A stretch of DNA of 60,146 nucleotides, from the NCBI GenBank assembly GCA_964462325.1, contig CAYWYQ010000002.1, positions 3,943-64,088 on the forward strand, in the 5' to 3' direction. Shown here piece after piece: positions 35,855 to 45,558 of the stretch; position 1 is the stretch's first letter; each line of letters opens with the position of its first letter. The notes under the pieces are model-generated. The model made no database searches. It saw only the letters and a program-made list of their open reading frames with translations, and was not told where the DNA came from. Both the position numbers and the translations under genes were made by a program. The stretch comes from an uncultured Gammaproteobacteria bacterium. GTDB taxonomy: Bacteria > Patescibacteriota > Patescibacteriia > UBA9934.

Positions 35855-36397
35855 AAGGTATAATATTTAATCTATGAGAATAATACCATTTTTTGCTAGC
35901 AACAAAAAACCGAGCTATATGCTCGGTTTTCCGATTCAGAGCCTTGTCCGTGCAGAAAACGGGATGCGCTAGATTCCGGCTCGGTGGCCGGAATGACAGA
36001 GCGCGCTAAAGGCTAAGTAGATAATCGACTCATTGTTATTCTACTCGATCTGAGGTTCCGACTGAATCAATACGACTTAAGGTCCGACCTCTCGATTGAG
36101 GTACGGACCTTTCAAGGGCACCAATAGACAAACGGAACCTGTCCGAGCAATAGACTGGATGTAATTTGTTTGAATCATCGAGCACTGAGCGGAAGTGTAC
36201 TAGAACGTACAGTGCAGCGAAGCGCACAGATGTGAAAACAAAGTACGCCAGTCTATAAGCGGATGCCCTGTCCGCGCAGAAAACGGGATGATATTTCCTT
36301 GAAGATTAAGAAAATACCGCAGATGTACTAGAAAAGTACATTGAGGATATTTTTGCAAATCTGAATGGATAGATCGCCCATTTTCAAGCGGAATGTC

Positions 36398-38329
36398 TTA
36401 CATTTCTATGACGACTGGCATAACCATCGGCCGCCGCTCTGTCTTTTGGAAGAGGAATTTACCTACTTCGTCCCGCACGATTTTTCGTACATGATCTGCA
36501 TCTGCTGGTGATTTTGGATCTGTTTTTTCACGAATCAATTTTTGTATCAACTTACGTGTTGAATTGATCAATTCCTTGTTTTCACGCATATGCACGAATC
36601 CGCGACTGACGATATCTGGTAGCCCAATAACTTTTCCGGTTGATTTTTCAATTTGTACAATTGCAACAACGATTCCATCATCTGCAAGTGCTTGACGATC
36701 TCGAAGAACGACTTGCGAGACATCCCCAACGCCAAGTCCATCTACGAAGACATAATCCGTAGGAACTTTTGTCTTTGTAAGAACTGCATCTCCGATTTCG
36801 CCCGCTTTTTTACTCTTTCGCAGTTCTAGAATCTGTCCATTATCCGCAACGAAAACATGGTCCTCGTCCCATCCCATAGAATAGGCAACCTCTGCATTTT
36901 CACGTAAGAGGAAGTGATTTCCTTCAATTGGCATGTAATACTTCGGCTTGAAGAGCGAAAGCATTAATTTAATGTCTTCTTGTTTTGCATGTCCACCTGC
37001 ATGTACATCCATAATATCTTTATGAATAACTTTCGCTCGTTTACGGTAGAATGTATCTTTTAATTTCTGCACGGAAGATTCATTTCCTGGAACGACAGAA
37101 CTTGAAAAGATAATCGTATCGTTTTTCTTTACCTTAATGAATCGATGTTCATCATGCGCAATTCGAGAAAGAGCGGCACGTTTTTCTCCTTGTGCCCCCG
37201 TACAAACGATGGTTACTTTTTCATCAGGTGTTTTATTAATTCGCTCCATTGGAACGAGGGTTCTGTCGCTAATGGAGATATAGCCAAGATGCCGCGCGAT
37301 TTCTACATTTGTTTTCATCGAATATCCATCAATAGCTACTTTACGTCCCAGACGTTCTGAAATTTCCAGAATCTGTTTTACACGTGAAAGAAGGGAAGCG
37401 AATGTCCCAACAATGACACGTCCTGGTGCTTTATCAATAATGCGTTCAAGTTCTGCACCAATAACACGTTCAGATGTTTGATGCCCTGGCAGACTCGCAT
37501 TTGTTGAATCTCCCATAAGAAGGAGAAGTCCTTCCTCACCAATGCGCGCCATTTTGTGAAAGTCGGCTGGCCCAGTGCCTACAGGGTGGAAATCATATTT
37601 CCAGTCACCTGTGTGACAAATGGTTCCTGCAGGTGTTTCAACAACAATTCCTGCTGAATCCGGAATATTGTGATTAATGTGGAAGAAGTGCACCTTGAAT
37701 ACTCCAAGTTGTAACTCGGATTCAATGGTAATATTTTTTACATTTACTTTTGCCGATTTAAAATCGTCCTGTCGCTTATTAATAATCCCTGCCGCAATTG
37801 GTAGAGCATAAACGGTCGGATTTCCGATATAAGGAACGGTATGAGGGATTGCCCCAATATGATCATAATGACCATGAGTAATAATAGCTCCTCGTACATT
37901 TTTTTCCTTTCCACGAAGATATTCCATATTTGGAATAATATAGTCGACTCCCGGCATATCTTCTTCTGGGAATTGTAGACCAAGATCGATAATGATGATG
38001 TCATCTTTATATTCAATCAAGGTACAGTTTCGGCCAACTTCTTCGAGCCCTCCGAGTACGATTACACGTACTTCTTCTCCGGTAGGGGACTTGAAGGTTT
38101 TTGTTGATCGGGTAACAGGTGGCGTATTCGGTCGCGAGATGTGACCTTTTTTATGATACGCAGACACTTGTTTTTTGCGCCCAGTTGATGGACGTCTTTT
38201 TCCTTGTGGGCGATTATTACGTGTTCCATGTTGCACACGTTTTTTCCCTGCAGGTCTTGTATTACGTTGTGGTGGACGTGATTGTCCTCCGGTTCGACGC
38301 TTTGGTGCGTCAGATTTTTTTTCTGTCAT
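36398..38329 (-). CDS. rnj: ribonuclease J with a basic N-terminal extension of about 80 aa
   Basis: Metallo-beta-lactamase HGHYDH motif, beta-CASP region and a C-terminal domain. The N-terminus is Arg/Lys/Pro/Gln-rich and low-complexity. Confidence 0.9.
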   Translation of the reverse strand: MTEKKSDAPKRRTGGQSRPPQRNTRPAGKKRVQHGTRNNRPQGKRRPSTGRKKQVSAYHKKGHISRPNTPPVTRSTKTFKSPTGEEVRVIVLGGLEEVGRNCTLIEYKDDIIIIDLGLQFPEEDMPGVDYIIPNMEYLRGKEKNVRGAIITHGHYDHIGAIPHTVPYIGNPTVYALPIAAGIINKRQDDFKSAKVNVKNITIESELQLGVFKVHFFHINHNIPDSAGIVVETPAGTICHTGDWKYDFHPVGTGPADFHKMARIGEEGLLLLMGDSTNASLPGHQTSERVIGAELERIIDKAPGRVIVGTFASLLSRVKQILEISERLGRKVAIDGYSMKTNVEIARHLGYISISDRTLVPMERINKTPDEKVTIVCTGAQGEKRAALSRIAHDEHRFIKVKKNDTIIFSSSVVPGNESSVQKLKDTFYRKRAKVIHKDIMDVHAGGHAKQEDIKLMLSLFKPKYYMPIEGNHFLLRENAEVAYSMGWDEDHVFVADNGQILELRKSKKAGEIGDAVLTKTKVPTDYVFVDGLGVGDVSQVVLRDRQALADDGIVVAIVQIEKSTGKVIGLPDIVSRGFVHMRENKELINSTRKLIQKLIREKTDPKSPADADHVRKIVRDEVGKFLFQKTERRPMVMPVVIEM

Positions 38330-38515
38330 ATTTTTTTCTGTTGTCTTCTTTTATTTCAAACAAAAGAATGACTATTTAATTTATATTTCATTTTTGAGAA
38401 GAGAAACTGGACCAGTTCTATACACAATAAAAAAGGTTCAAATTCCCTCCTGGGTAGATATGCAAGCCTCTTATTAAGAGAAAATCATACCTTATACAGG
38501 TGGAATTGTCAATGA

Positions 38516-40360
38516 TTATTCTTTTCGCGACAGTGCATTCCTTGTCTTAATGAACCAAGAAGATACGGTACTAAATCGATCAGACGGACTCATGATGCGC
38601 TCAAGGGTTCCGCCTTGGATTTTCTTTGCTTGTGCATAAGGATAGAAGGGTTGATACAGGAATATCGCTGGAATTTCATTTGCAATAATTGACTGAAGTT
38701 CTGTATATGCTTCTGTCCGTTCTTCGATATCATTCGTTGATCGTCCTGTAATGATGTATTCATCTGCCTTCCGATTTGAGAATCGTGCCAGATTTAATCC
38801 TTGTCCTGAGATTTGGGATGAGTGCCAGAAAATATACGGATCAAGTTCTGTACCGTACAATTCACCAGACAAGAGAATGTCATAGGATTTATTTGGAATA
38901 ATGTCATTTTGTAATTCGGTATTACTGATAATACGTATATCTATTTGAATACCGATTTCTTTCCATTGTGATTGAATTGATTCTGCAACGGCAATTAACT
39001 CACTTGAGTTTACCGTCGTGATCGTGAAGGAAAGGACATCTTCATCTTTTGTACGGAATTCAGCCTCTTCTTCAAGAACCCAACCGGCTTCTTCTAATAA
39101 TTCAATTGCCTTGGATTGATTGAATGAATAGACGGTAAAGTCAGCATCTGAACCAATCATTCCTGGCAGGATGAATGAATCAATTGGCCGCGCTAATTCT
39201 AGAAGTACCTGTTCGGTGAGGATTGATTTATCCGTACCATAACTTAATGCTTGTCTTACCTCATCTATCTGTAATTCGTCAGCAATTTTTTGATTGAAAA
39301 ATAATGCTGTGTATTGCTGAAGAGCTGGTAGATTTATCTTTATGGCATTTACTTTTGAAAAATCGTGTACATGTTCTGCTGGAATATAGGCGAGTCCCTC
39401 CACATTTTGATTACGAAGTGCTTCGATTCCTGATGTAATTTCAGGGTAAAACTTGATATCGAGTGTTTGAATATAAGGTCCATCCCCATGATACCGTTCA
39501 TGTCTTACGAGGGTATAGCTATGAATATTTCCTTTTCCGTCACGGGTAATTTTTTCTAAAGAATAGGGTCCGCTTCCTACAGGTTTTCGGTTAAGTTCTG
39601 CGACCGGTGCATTAATAGGGGTGATATCTTGCCATAAATGTGACGGAAGAATACCAATAGTCATGAGCGACAAAAAAGGAGAAAAAGGTTCATCGAGTGT
39701 AAATTTGACGGTTCTTTCATCTATTTGCTCGACATCGATACCTGAAAAACTTACCTCTAGAGGACTACGATATTCCGTATTCTGAATAGCGCTGATGGTG
39801 AAGATAACGTCATCGACACGGACAGGTTGACCGTCATGCCATTTTGCATCATCGCGCAATGTGAATGTATATTCCGTTTGATCTTCAGAAATTTCATAGC
39901 TTTCTGCTAAGTCGGTTACGAGTCCCTGATTACTATCAAAATGCATTAATCCACTAAAAATAAGAGCGGCAAGATCAGAGTCAACATCACTCGTACTCGC
40001 ATAAAGGGGGTTAATGAGTTGTGGAATGCCGATAAAACCTTCCGTATATTCACCTCCAATAGCCGGGACAACGGTCCGAGTGCTATTAATGAGTCGTATT
40101 CCAAGGGCGGTACTTGTAATGACAAGTACGAGTAAGGTAAATCCAGCGAGTCGACGTTCTGTTTTTGATAGAAGTCGCGGTAGTTCACGTAATTGTGACC
40201 ATTTTGGAATTCGGCCTACATTGCGCGCCTTAAGAACTTGACCCATGGCGAGGTCATGACTTGCGCGCTTTGCACTCCCAGAAGATCGTTTAAAAAGTCT
40301 TTGTATGACTTTTGTAAAACGTGATTGCTTTGGAGGGGTTTGTGAGCCAGTATCTGGCAT
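38516..40360 (-). CDS. ABC transporter substrate-binding protein, family 5 (peptide/nickel, OppA/DppA-like), TM-anchored
   Basis: 614 aa with an N-terminal TM anchor and an SBP_bac_5-like core (F.LR....WHDG.P....DV.F). Confidence 0.8.
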   Translation of the reverse strand: MPDTGSQTPPKQSRFTKVIQRLFKRSSGSAKRASHDLAMGQVLKARNVGRIPKWSQLRELPRLLSKTERRLAGFTLLVLVITSTALGIRLINSTRTVVPAIGGEYTEGFIGIPQLINPLYASTSDVDSDLAALIFSGLMHFDSNQGLVTDLAESYEISEDQTEYTFTLRDDAKWHDGQPVRVDDVIFTISAIQNTEYRSPLEVSFSGIDVEQIDERTVKFTLDEPFSPFLSLMTIGILPSHLWQDITPINAPVAELNRKPVGSGPYSLEKITRDGKGNIHSYTLVRHERYHGDGPYIQTLDIKFYPEITSGIEALRNQNVEGLAYIPAEHVHDFSKVNAIKINLPALQQYTALFFNQKIADELQIDEVRQALSYGTDKSILTEQVLLELARPIDSFILPGMIGSDADFTVYSFNQSKAIELLEEAGWVLEEEAEFRTKDEDVLSFTITTVNSSELIAVAESIQSQWKEIGIQIDIRIISNTELQNDIIPNKSYDILLSGELYGTELDPYIFWHSSQISGQGLNLARFSNRKADEYIITGRSTNDIEERTEAYTELQSIIANEIPAIFLYQPFYPYAQAKKIQGGTLERIMSPSDRFSTVSSWFIKTRNALSRKE

Positions 40361-40374
40361 GGTTTCAATTCTGA

Positions 40375-40584
40375 TTAGAAAAGAATATTAGCAAGAGAAG
40401 CACCAAAGAAGAGAATAGCAAGGATAATCGTTACGGTATGTAATTTCTTCTCGACGCCTCGTTTTGTTCGGAAAACCTCTCCACCTCCGCCAAAGCCGGC
40501 ACCAAGACCTGTTCCTTGTGCTTGCATCAGAATAGCTCCTATTAACAGGATGGAAAGAATTGTAATGAGAATAGTAAAAATCAT
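40375..40584 (-). CDS. secG: preprotein translocase subunit SecG
   Basis: 69 aa from the ATG at 40584: two TM helices flanking the Gly-rich loop QAQGTGLGAGFGGGG. The longer ORF-track N-terminus is rejected. Confidence 0.8.
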   Translation of the reverse strand: MIFTILITILSILLIGAILMQAQGTGLGAGFGGGGEVFRTKRGVEKKLHTVTIILAILFFGASLANILF

Positions 40585-40651
40585 ATCGAGGAAAAGCCTA
40601 GCATGCACTGTGGAGAGCGTCAATCCGTTCTCATTCGTTATGATAGAATAG

Positions 40652-42154
40652 ATGCATATGATACGCATCTTCTTTCTTCTGGTATTTAGTATAGCACTTT
40701 TACTGCCTTCATTTCCAGTGACGGTTTTTGCACAAAATGCAGGTGAGGCTTGTAGTTGTTTTTGTGAATCATCTGCGGGAGCATATGAATTAGAGAGGGT
40801 GAATGATACAAAATCATGTCGCGCACAATGTAAGGCACAAGAGGGGTCTTCCATTTTAGGATGATTAACACATAAGCAAGCAAATTTACGACCCGAAAAT
40901 AATTCACTTTGCTGGACACCTTCTGAATGTGAAGAAGAGTTTCATCGTCGCGTTTCAGAAGATGGACTCACAGGAATTGCTTGGGAAGAAAGCGTCTATT
41001 GGAGTCAGTCACCAAGCTGTTTGCCTCGGGAGGGAGCATGTTACCCGCCGCATGGACGTTTTAATCTTAATCAAGTAATAGGTGGTTCATCATCTGTTCA
41101 AGGAATAGGAGATTATGTGAATATTATTTATAATCTTCTTTTGGTATTTGCATCCGTTGTGGCCATTATTAGTATTATGATTGCCGGTCTTATGTGGATG
41201 ACAGCGCGCGGGAATGCGACGCAAACAGGGAAGGCAAGGGCACTCATTGGAAAATCATTAATGAGTATTGTAATTTTATTAATCATTGTTGCCGCAGCAG
41301 AACTCATAGATCCGCGTCTAACAAAGTTCAATGTGCTCAAAACAAATCTGATTCAAAAGGTGCAATATATTCCAGAAGGGCAGAGCTGCGAGGCGCTTAT
41401 TGAGAAATACGATGCAACTATTACAGCGAAGACTTCCGACGAATCCTGTGGTGATGTTGGTATTATTGAGGATTTGGGTACCGCTGCAGAAGGGAAGACC
41501 GTTGGACTAACAGAGGGTGGTGAGTGTATCTACCAATTTTGTGGTGAAAATAGTGCAGAATCCTGTGTGCAAGTAAAGGGAGAGTGGGAATGTATTCGTT
41601 GTGGAAATGTTGTTAAGGCAGGTACAGGGGGAGCGGCACTGGACCTAAAACCATCGGCAAGTGTCTGTTCGCAACTTACCATCTTACCAAGTATTGAAGA
41701 GCGTCTAGCTGGTAATGGAATATTACACATGTGTAGATATTATGATGCCGGTTGGATTTCGTGGGATTCTATTGTAGAAAATGACGCTTGTGTCGAGTTA
41801 ACATACCCGGCAAGTGACGGAGCCGGAATTAATTGTAAAAGTTTAGCTGAACAGGGGTGTAAAGGATACGATGATGTATCTGTTTTCTTGAGGCAAACTG
41901 TAGGGGCGCAAGTTGCATCTATGCTAGCAGGGAATACGGTAGATTGGTATGAGGGAGTTAATAATGACTACCCTCTTTGGGCTGATATTTGTAACAATGA
42001 TGTCTGTAATGTGAGCGCGAGTGGGTGCTTGCTGGATACGCGAAGAGAGATAGGGGATGGTTTATTGGTAGATTTAGACGATTATTCGGAATATATTCCG
42101 GATTCGATCGAAACTGGACTACAAGAAAACATATTAGGTTGTCGAGAAAGGTAA
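40652..42154 (+). pseudogene. Cys-rich secreted protein with T4SS-pilin-like (TrbC/VirB2-type) TM hairpin, interrupted by one in-frame TGA (40862-40864)
   Basis: ORFs 40652..40864 (signal peptide plus CxCxC) and 41021..42154 share a frame, and the stretch between them is open (LTHKQANLRPENNSLCWTPSECEEEF...). The only interruption is the TGA. Confidence 0.55.
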
Positions 42155-42255
42155 AGAGATGACCAATAAAAAACGCAGAATATCTCATTCTACGTCACGG
42201 TAAAGCCATGATTGGAAAATCATAATGCAGGTTGTGCTGACGATAGCTACATCGA

Positions 42256-42284
42256 TTGACATTAGGCATTTTTATTGATAATGT
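42256..42284 (+). promoter_or_regulatory. sigma70-like promoter of the cassette (TTGACA, 17-nt spacer, TAATGT)
   Basis: TTGACA at 42256-42261 and TAATGT at 42279-42284, about 30 nt upstream of the methyltransferase ATG. Repeated at 43943-43971. Confidence 0.5.
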
Positions 42285-42315
42285 GACCTCTGCTCTTTAA
42301 CAGAAGGGAGATGGT

Positions 42316-43083
42316 ATGAGTCAGGATCATTTTGATGAAATCGCTTGTACGTATAGTGATATGCGTCCATCGAACCAGGAACTCTTGCGCTTGGTGTATG
42401 ACCGAGCTGAATTGAAACCCGGCATGTCGCTATGGGACATCGGTTGCGGTCCAGGGGGTGATTTGGCCTGGTTTTCTTCGAAAGGGCTGAGCATTATGGG
42501 GATTGACCGCTCTGCGAAGATGGTACAGATCGCATGTCGTAGACTTGGCGAATACAAAGTGCTTTGTGGTGACGTCACGGATCTACTCAAGCAGGAAGAT
42601 GATGTGAATATGAGAATCGCTACAGATGCTTTTCTCTTTAAATTCTCATTGCACCTCATGGATGATCCAGTGAATGTGTTGCGATTGGCGTGGAATCATG
42701 TTCCCGTTGGTGGCTGCATTGTCATTGTGTCGATGCTTTACGATCAACAAGTCAAGAGTCTGCCGACGCATGGCTACTTTCCTTCGATGGATCGTGATGT
42801 TCTGCGAAGCGTCAATGATCTTCGCGCGACGATACTCTCTGTGAGAGAGGAGTTGGATGCAGATCTTCGGATCTTCAATACCACATTGTGGGAGGAGGCA
42901 CTAGACGATAATTGGATTCAACGTGTAGAGAATCGTTATATGTCAACACTCAGGAATATACCGGAGGATGAGTGGGAGCAAGGGCTTGCAGATCTCAAAG
43001 ATAATTTGAAAGTTTGGACCAGCGTCAACGATGCTCCATTGGTGAGTGTGGAAGGGTCTATTGCAATTCTGCGAAGGAGGTGA
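42316..43083 (+). CDS. class I SAM-dependent methyltransferase (cassette copy 1)
   Basis: 255 aa with motif I LWDIGCGPGGD. RBS GGGAGATGG lies upstream. Confidence 0.8.
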   Translation: MSQDHFDEIACTYSDMRPSNQELLRLVYDRAELKPGMSLWDIGCGPGGDLAWFSSKGLSIMGIDRSAKMVQIACRRLGEYKVLCGDVTDLLKQEDDVNMRIATDAFLFKFSLHLMDDPVNVLRLAWNHVPVGGCIVIVSMLYDQQVKSLPTHGYFPSMDRDVLRSVNDLRATILSVREELDADLRIFNTTLWEEALDDNWIQRVENRYMSTLRNIPEDEWEQGLADLKDNLKVWTSVNDAPLVSVEGSIAILRRR

Positions 43084-43086
43084 AAT

Positions 43087-43824
43087 GTGAACGTCGAACT
43101 AAAGTGGCTGGCGCGTCAACAGATGTCTTCTGGTCAGTTCCCGACTACGGTTTTGTACAAACCAACAGGTCTTGTTCGGAATGTGTCTACGATTTGTCCA
43201 ACGTACTTGATCGTATTCATACTCACACTATTGCGTGAGCGGAAAGGTTCTTCGGATCCTGTGCTTGATCGCATGGTCAAACAAGGTTTGGATTTTCTCG
43301 AGGAGAGAATGTATGTCGATCCAGTGGAGGGCTTTCGTGCTTGGCACTTCAATGCCTTTTATCCGCCGGATTGGGAAGAGACATGCTGGTGTTCCTTGCT
43401 TCTTGCAAATGCGGGACGTATGGGGCGTGACGAGCTGGATCCTCTGCGGCGACTTCTCGATGAAAATACTACGGACATGGGGATTGGTGTTTGGCTGAAA
43501 GATCCGTATACGCCAAATAACGGAGCTGCAAATACTTTTGATCCCATTGTAGCAATGTCGATTCAGTATTGGCTTCGCCGACTGTACGATGATCATATCG
43601 AATCGGTTGATGACTTTGTCGCGTCGGCATTGAAAAAGAAGATGGCGTCACTGTACTATGATCGTCAATTTCAAGAGTTTTTCTACTGGATAATGGGGCT
43701 GCGATGTGATGCACCGTCTCTTGATCGAGATGATCATATCGTGTTCCATAATGCGCGTCGAAAACGCTTGAATTATGCATCAGAAGAAGTGTGGCGAGCA
43801 GCTGAACTACTCATGTCTACTTGA
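43087..43824 (+). CDS. alpha/alpha-toroid, prenyltransferase/terpene-cyclase-repeat-like protein (cassette copy 1)
   Basis: GTG start 6 nt after AGGAGG. LKWLARQQMSSGQFP (QW-like repeat) and PPDWEETCWCSLLLA (compare the D.DDTA motif) suggest a squalene-cyclase/prenyltransferase-type toroid. Assignment is tentative. Confidence 0.55.
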   Translation: MNVELKWLARQQMSSGQFPTTVLYKPTGLVRNVSTICPTYLIVFILTLLRERKGSSDPVLDRMVKQGLDFLEERMYVDPVEGFRAWHFNAFYPPDWEETCWCSLLLANAGRMGRDELDPLRRLLDENTTDMGIGVWLKDPYTPNNGAANTFDPIVAMSIQYWLRRLYDDHIESVDDFVASALKKKMASLYYDRQFQEFFYWIMGLRCDAPSLDRDDHIVFHNARRKRLNYASEEVWRAAELLMST

Positions 43825-44002
43825 AGGGTCAATAGGCCTTTTTTTATTTGAATAAAAAAACGCAGAATATTTCATTCTACGTCGCGATAAAGCCATGATT
43901 GGAAAATCATAATGCAGGTTGTGCTGACGATAGCTACATCGATTGACATTAGGCATTTTTATTGATAATGTGACCTCTGCTCTTTAACAGAAGGGAGATG
44001 GT

Positions 44003-44770
44003 ATGAGTCAGGATCATTTTGATGAAATCGCTTGTACGTATAGTGATATGCGTCCATCGAACCAGGAACTCTTGCGCTTGGTGTATGACCGAGCTGAATT
44101 GAAACCCGGCATGTCGCTATGGGACATCGGTTGCGGTCCAGGGGGTGATTTGGCCTGGTTTTCTTCGAAAGGGCTGAGCATTATGGGGATTGACCGCTCT
44201 GCGAAGATGGTACAGATCGCATGTCGTAGACTTGGCGAATACAAAGTGCTTTGTGGTGACGTCACGGATCTACTCAAGCAGGAAGATGATGTGAATATGA
44301 GAATCGCTACAGATGCTTTTCTCTTTAAATTCTCATTGCACCTCATGGATGATCCAGTGAATGTGTTGCGATTGGCGTGGAATCATGTTCCCGTTGGTGG
44401 CTGCATTGTCATTGTGTCGATGCTTTACGATCAACAAGTCAAGAGTCTGCCGACGCATGGCTACTTTCCTTCGATGGATCGTGATGTTCTGCGAAGCGTC
44501 AATGATCTTCGCGCGACGATACTCTCTGTGAGAGAGGAGTTGGATGCAGATCTTCGGATCTTCAATACCACATTGTGGGAGGAGGCACTAGACGATAATT
44601 GGATTCAACGTGTAGAGAATCGTTATATGTCAACACTCAGGAATATACCGGAGGATGAGTGGGAGCAAGGGCTTGCAGATCTCAAAGATAATTTGAAAGT
44701 TTGGACCAGCGTCAACGATGCTCCATTGGTGAGTGTGGAAGGGTCTATTGCAATTCTGCGAAGGAGGTGA
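44003..44770 (+). CDS. class I SAM-dependent methyltransferase (cassette copy 2)
   Basis: Translation identical to 42316..43083. Confidence 0.8.
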   Translation: MSQDHFDEIACTYSDMRPSNQELLRLVYDRAELKPGMSLWDIGCGPGGDLAWFSSKGLSIMGIDRSAKMVQIACRRLGEYKVLCGDVTDLLKQEDDVNMRIATDAFLFKFSLHLMDDPVNVLRLAWNHVPVGGCIVIVSMLYDQQVKSLPTHGYFPSMDRDVLRSVNDLRATILSVREELDADLRIFNTTLWEEALDDNWIQRVENRYMSTLRNIPEDEWEQGLADLKDNLKVWTSVNDAPLVSVEGSIAILRRR

Positions 44771-44773
44771 AAT

Positions 44774-45511
44774 GTGAACGTCGAACTAAAGTGGCTGGCG
44801 CGTCAACAGATGTCTTCTGGTCAGTTCCCGACTACGGTTTTGTACAAACCAACAGGTCTTGTTCGGAATGTGTCTACGATTTGTCCAACGTACTTGATCG
44901 TATTCATACTCACACTATTGCGTGAGCGGAAAGGTTCTTCGGATCCTGTGCTTGATCGCATGGTCAAACAAGGTTTGGATTTTCTCGAGGAGAGAATGTA
45001 TGTCGATCCAGTGGAGGGCTTTCGTGCTTGGCACTTCAATGCCTTTTATCCGCCGGATTGGGAAGAGACATGCTGGTGTTCCTTGCTTCTTGCAAATGCG
45101 GGACGTATGGGGCGTGACGAGCTGGATCCTCTGCGGCGACTTCTCGATGAAAATACTACGGACATGGGGATTGGTGTTTGGCTGAAAGATCCGTATACGC
45201 CAAATAACGGAGCTGCAAATACTTTTGATCCCATTGTAGCAATGTCGATTCAGTATTGGCTTCGCCGACTGTACGATGATCATATCGAATCGGTTGATGA
45301 CTTTGTCGCGTCGGCATTGAAAAAGAAGATGGCGTCACTGTACTATGATCGTCAATTTCAAGAGTTTTTCTACTGGATAATGGGGCTGCGATGTGATGCA
45401 CCGTCTCTTGATCGAGATGATCATATCGTGTTCCATAATGCGCGTCGAAAACGCTTGAATTATGCATCAGAAGAAGTGTGGCGAGCAGCTGAACTACTCA
45501 TGTCTACTTGA
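44774..45511 (+). CDS. alpha/alpha-toroid, prenyltransferase/terpene-cyclase-repeat-like protein (cassette copy 2)
   Basis: Translation identical to 43087..43824. Confidence 0.55.
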   Translation: MNVELKWLARQQMSSGQFPTTVLYKPTGLVRNVSTICPTYLIVFILTLLRERKGSSDPVLDRMVKQGLDFLEERMYVDPVEGFRAWHFNAFYPPDWEETCWCSLLLANAGRMGRDELDPLRRLLDENTTDMGIGVWLKDPYTPNNGAANTFDPIVAMSIQYWLRRLYDDHIESVDDFVASALKKKMASLYYDRQFQEFFYWIMGLRCDAPSLDRDDHIVFHNARRKRLNYASEEVWRAAELLMST

Positions 45512-45558
45512 AGGGTCAATAGGCCTTTTTTTATTTGAATAAAAAAACGCAGAATATT

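Larger units (their letters stand above)
34455..35915. repeat. perfect tandem duplication, 2 x 724 bp plus a 13-nt third junction
   Basis: 34455-35178 equals 35179-35902: identical ORFs and flanks on every stretch I compared. The junction microhomology caaaaaaccgagc recurs at 35903-35915. Confidence 0.9.

Noticed and set aside
38440-38470. A tRNA 3' half, suggested by ggttcaaattccctcctgggta
   Set aside because: There is no complementary T stem or 5' acceptor strand, and the upstream sequence is an AT-rich promoter-like region of the rnj/SBP intergenic space.
40375-40854. The full 159-aa ORF containing secG, and similar long N-terminal extensions of 7005..7817, 13299..14255, 14186..15046, 28608..29756, 33453..34469, 19309..20214 and 20192..21430
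   Set aside because: The extensions overlap upstream genes, terminators or repeats. In each case an internal ATG gives the canonical N-terminus, often with an ATGA or 1-nt gene junction.
43826-43860. A rho-independent terminator at the end of the cassette (aataggcctttttttatt)
   Set aside because: Only a 6-nt self-palindrome (AGGCCT) precedes the T-run, so no real stem forms. I left it unannotated.
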